From NCBI GenBank assembly GCA_009103225.1, contig RHPI01001292.1, positions 94,080-158,079 on the forward strand: a DNA stretch of 64,000 bases, given 5' to 3'. This DNA comes from Chlorokybus atmophyticus (taxonomy: Eukaryota > Plantae > Mesostigma and Chlorokybus algae). The translations under genes and the position numbers were made by a program. This document shows positions 61,003 to 64,000 of this stretch, one piece after another. Within the stretch, counting starts at the first letter, position 1. Every line of letters starts with the position of its first letter. The notes under the pieces are model-generated. The model had not been told where the DNA came from and ran no database searches. It saw only the letters and a list, made by a program, of their open reading frames with translations.

Positions 61003-61660
61003 TTAGCAAACCACCGAGGAGTAAGGGCACCAACTGTTGCCGTTGTTGCTGCGGTCAAACTTGTCTATCTGCGAGGAGGCTGCAAGTAACATTGTCATGA
61101 GACTGAGCAATCAGCATGTGAGCGTGTGCGTAAGTGCGCATGCCTATGCGTGTATTTGTGTCGCAGCTGCCCAACAACGCACAAGGCACAGGCACAAGTA
61201 CACTTACGGCTGGATGCTCTGAGAGCGGCGATGAATTTGGCCTTCACCTCATCAACAAGGAACGGGCACCTGGTCTGGTACGCATTCAGCAGTGCAGCTA
61301 CCGCCTGAGCCCCCAGCTTGTCATACTGCGACACCACAAACACAACACAATTTCAAGCATCACCACCATAGCAGATTTCTGGTTGATTAAGGTGTTCGTG
61401 TGCGTACAGGTGTGCCGCTGCTGTACGGGGCCTCGAGTGCATTATGAAGGGTGTAAGTGGAAGGGTAGCGGGAGTCTATGAGGTTACACTCTGTTTGATT
61501 GGTGGCGAAGGCGGCCTTCAGTTGTGTGGAGAAGTGGTATTCGGATGGCCAACGGCATTTAGAGGTGGTGGATGACCAGAATGACAGAGGGCATTCTTGC
61601 GAACCGCGCGGCCTATTGAACAGAGAGCAATTACGGTTGCACGCACACATGCATACCCCG

Positions 61661-61720
<60 letters not shown>

Positions 61721-63203
61721 NNNNNNNNNNNNNNNNNNNNNNNNNNNNNNNNNNNNNNNNNNNNNNNNNNNNNNNNNNNNNNNNNNNNNNNNNNNNNNNN
61801 NNNNNNNNNNNNNNNNNNNNNNNNNNNNNNNNNNNNNNNNNNNNNNNNNNNNNNNNNNNNNNNNNNNNNNNNNNNNNNNNNNNNNNNNNNGGACGGGGGG
61901 CCTGGGTTGGAAGATGTTTGCCTGCATGTACATATGTAGAAGCGCGTGCATGTGTAGACTGCTTGCGAACCTGTCAGGCTGAATGTAGTCGAGGCGAATA
62001 AAGTAGTTGTCCGGAGCGTTAACCTTGTTGATGTGATGGTCTTTGACAGCAGGCGGGTAGAGGATATCGATTCCGCCGCAATTGGTGTCGGAGACCTTGC
62101 GTAACTTCACGCGCTGCGAGCTCAGGCCCAGCGGCACAGAGCAGCAGCACGGTGATGCCGATGTTGAGGTCTTGTTGCAGTACTTGGGACAGATGCTGCC
62201 GCAGGACACCTGGCAGCCTCCGGAATTTACTCGTGCTCCATTGGTGTCAAACGTGTTGAAGCGCCCTGCTCGCACACCACGATGCAGACAGTATATGTAT
62301 AAGAAGCTATGTTTATGTGCGGGTGCGCATACAAATGTGCGCATATGTGCTCATATACACGCACTTGCTGTATCAGTAGCAAGAGAGAGAGCTCATATGC
62401 GTGCATGCACACTTGCAATGAGTGCAGGCTTTGACCTACCTTGCACGGATTGGCCGTATGCCACAAGCACATTGCGCCCGTTGATGCTGTAGGGGCTTCC
62501 AATGGTGGAGAGCTTCTTCGGGCCGTTATCGCTGCTGCCGCTTCGCGGGCAGGCGTACGTGGTGAGGTTGTTGTTGTGGGCACTCTCTATAAGGATGTGA
62601 TCCCGCTTCAGCTGTGTGCAACCACATACGCGCCACTGGCCAGATGCAACGTGGGCACATGGCCAAACGAGCACGCGAGGCGATACTCTGCGGGCCCGCA
62701 GCCCTCGTCGATGCTGAACGGCCACGCGATCGTCAAGGACCCGCATGAAGAACGACACACAGCGGCCTGTTAAGCGCTGAGGGCGTTGACGAGTCCACTC
62801 CTGTGTACATGTTGCTTGCAGGTGAGATGGGTGAGATGGGGCAACACATACACACGCACAGACACAGACACGCGCAAGCAAGCAGGCGATTGTACGCATG
62901 CATACACGCATGCGCACACTCACGCATGTGCCTGCGCAAGCTCATATCACACTGTACAGTGGCAGTATGTGCATGAAAGGAGTTCAACTGTATACAGCAA
63001 AGTTCGGGAAGTGTGCATGTGTATGAGTTTACGTCGTGTACGATGACTTTACAGCCCGAGTCGGCGAGTGCTCGAATGCCGTTGGCGAAGGCAGCCTGGC
63101 CTCCAGTGGCAGTGTGGAAGGACAGGAGTGAGCCGGGTGCGTGCACGTGCGCGTATTGGCTTGCTCGCAAGTGGGCACGTGTGTGCCACACACAGTGTCC
63201 CAC
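61003..63203 (-). pseudogene. Subtilase (S8/S53-like) fragment with Cys-rich C-terminal extension, disrupted
   Basis: APGSLLSFHTATGGQAAFANGIRALADSGCKVIVHDV (~63030-63150); GLVNALSA* with a premature stop and a frameshift; later exons CQVSCGSICPKYCNKTS...CCCSVPLG; putative stop at 61003-61005. Confidence 0.6.
61670..61720. repeat. (GA)n microsatellite beside an N-gap
   Basis: Directly visible. Confidence 0.95.
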
Positions 63204-63209
63204 GCAAGC

Positions 63210-63958
63210 ATCTCACCTTTCCGATACACGTGCGCGGGTATGGACTTGTCAACGGCCAAAGTGCATACCAAGCAGCCGTGTGTCGTTCATCATGTGGACC
63301 CGTGACCATCGTGTGGCCGCTCAGCATCGACGAGGGCTGTGGTCCTGAAGAGTACCGGCTTGTGTGTGCGTTCGGCGTGCGGCCCTTGGTGGGTCTGGCT
63401 AGTGAATACTATCTGGTGTCGCAATCGAGACACGATCACATCCTCATAGAGAGTGCGTGTAAGAACGCCCTCACCACGCATGCCTGCTTCGGCCACGACA
63501 GCGACTTTGGCTTCAAGCAACTATCAACGAATGGCAGCCCATACAGCATCAACGGCGCCAACGTTATGATGGCATACGGCAGCGGCGTGCAAGGTAAATG
63601 AACATGCATACACAAACATGCACAAGTGCAATGGTCTCAACTTGTGCATCGTGGTGCGTGTGCAGGGCAGTTCAACACGTTTGCTGTTAATGGCGACAGC
63701 ATGAACTCCGAGGGCTGCCAAGCCTCTTGCGGCAACAGTCCGTTGTATTGCAACAAGACCTCAGCGACGGCAACATCGTGCTGCTGCTCCGTGCCGTTGG
63801 GTCCGAGCTCGCGATGAGTGAAGCTGCGCAAGGTGGCCGACACGAGCTGCGGCGGGTTGGATATCCTCTACCCGCCCGCCGTTCAGAGTGGGAGCATCAA
63901 CAAGGCCAATGCCAGAGAACTATTAATTTGTTCGTCTTGACTACACTCAGCCCAGCAG

Positions 63959-63960
<2 letters not shown>
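63210..63960 (+). pseudogene. Inverted paralogous fragment of the subtilase C-terminal region
   Basis: GYGLVNGQSAYQAAVCRSSCG...DHILIESAC...GSPYSING and CQASCG...CCCSVPLG match the minus-strand copy; same intron position; in-frame TGA at 63815-63817. Confidence 0.65.

Positions 63961-64000
<40 letters not shown>
63961..64000. repeat. (TC)n microsatellite at the window end
   Basis: Directly visible. Confidence 0.95.

Noticed and set aside
1-64000. tRNA, rRNA, CRISPR or telomeric arrays
   Set aside because: No convincing signatures seen by eye; tRNAscan or Infernal would be needed to exclude small RNA genes.

Overview
Eukaryotic nuclear DNA with spliceosomal introns and three N-gaps (33987-34312, 48778-49080, 61721-61890). 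Gene content suggests a green plant lineage alga, probably a streptophyte (inference). Host genes: a CPL1/2-type CTD phosphatase (minus), NIPBL/SCC2 (minus), mitochondrial IF-2 (plus), a plant-type HEAT/ARM protein (plus) and two inverted, decayed subtilase paralogues. About half the window is nested retrotransposons. The most striking item is a Ty3/Gypsy-type family, present twice (62-16695 and 43703-~54960, both minus). Its polyprotein order is protease, C5 cytosine methyltransferase, RT, RNase H, DDE integrase, PHD finger. It has split direct repeats (B-internal-A-B-A) instead of normal LTRs, yet the complete copy has TG...CA ends and a 4-bp target-site duplication. Both copies carry an internal palindromic CA-GC-TG end-to-end junction. 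The complete copy also has a Tf1-like self-priming site. Together these suggest integration from a circular two-LTR intermediate opened at an internal att site (inference). All identity estimates were made by eye; no database search was run.
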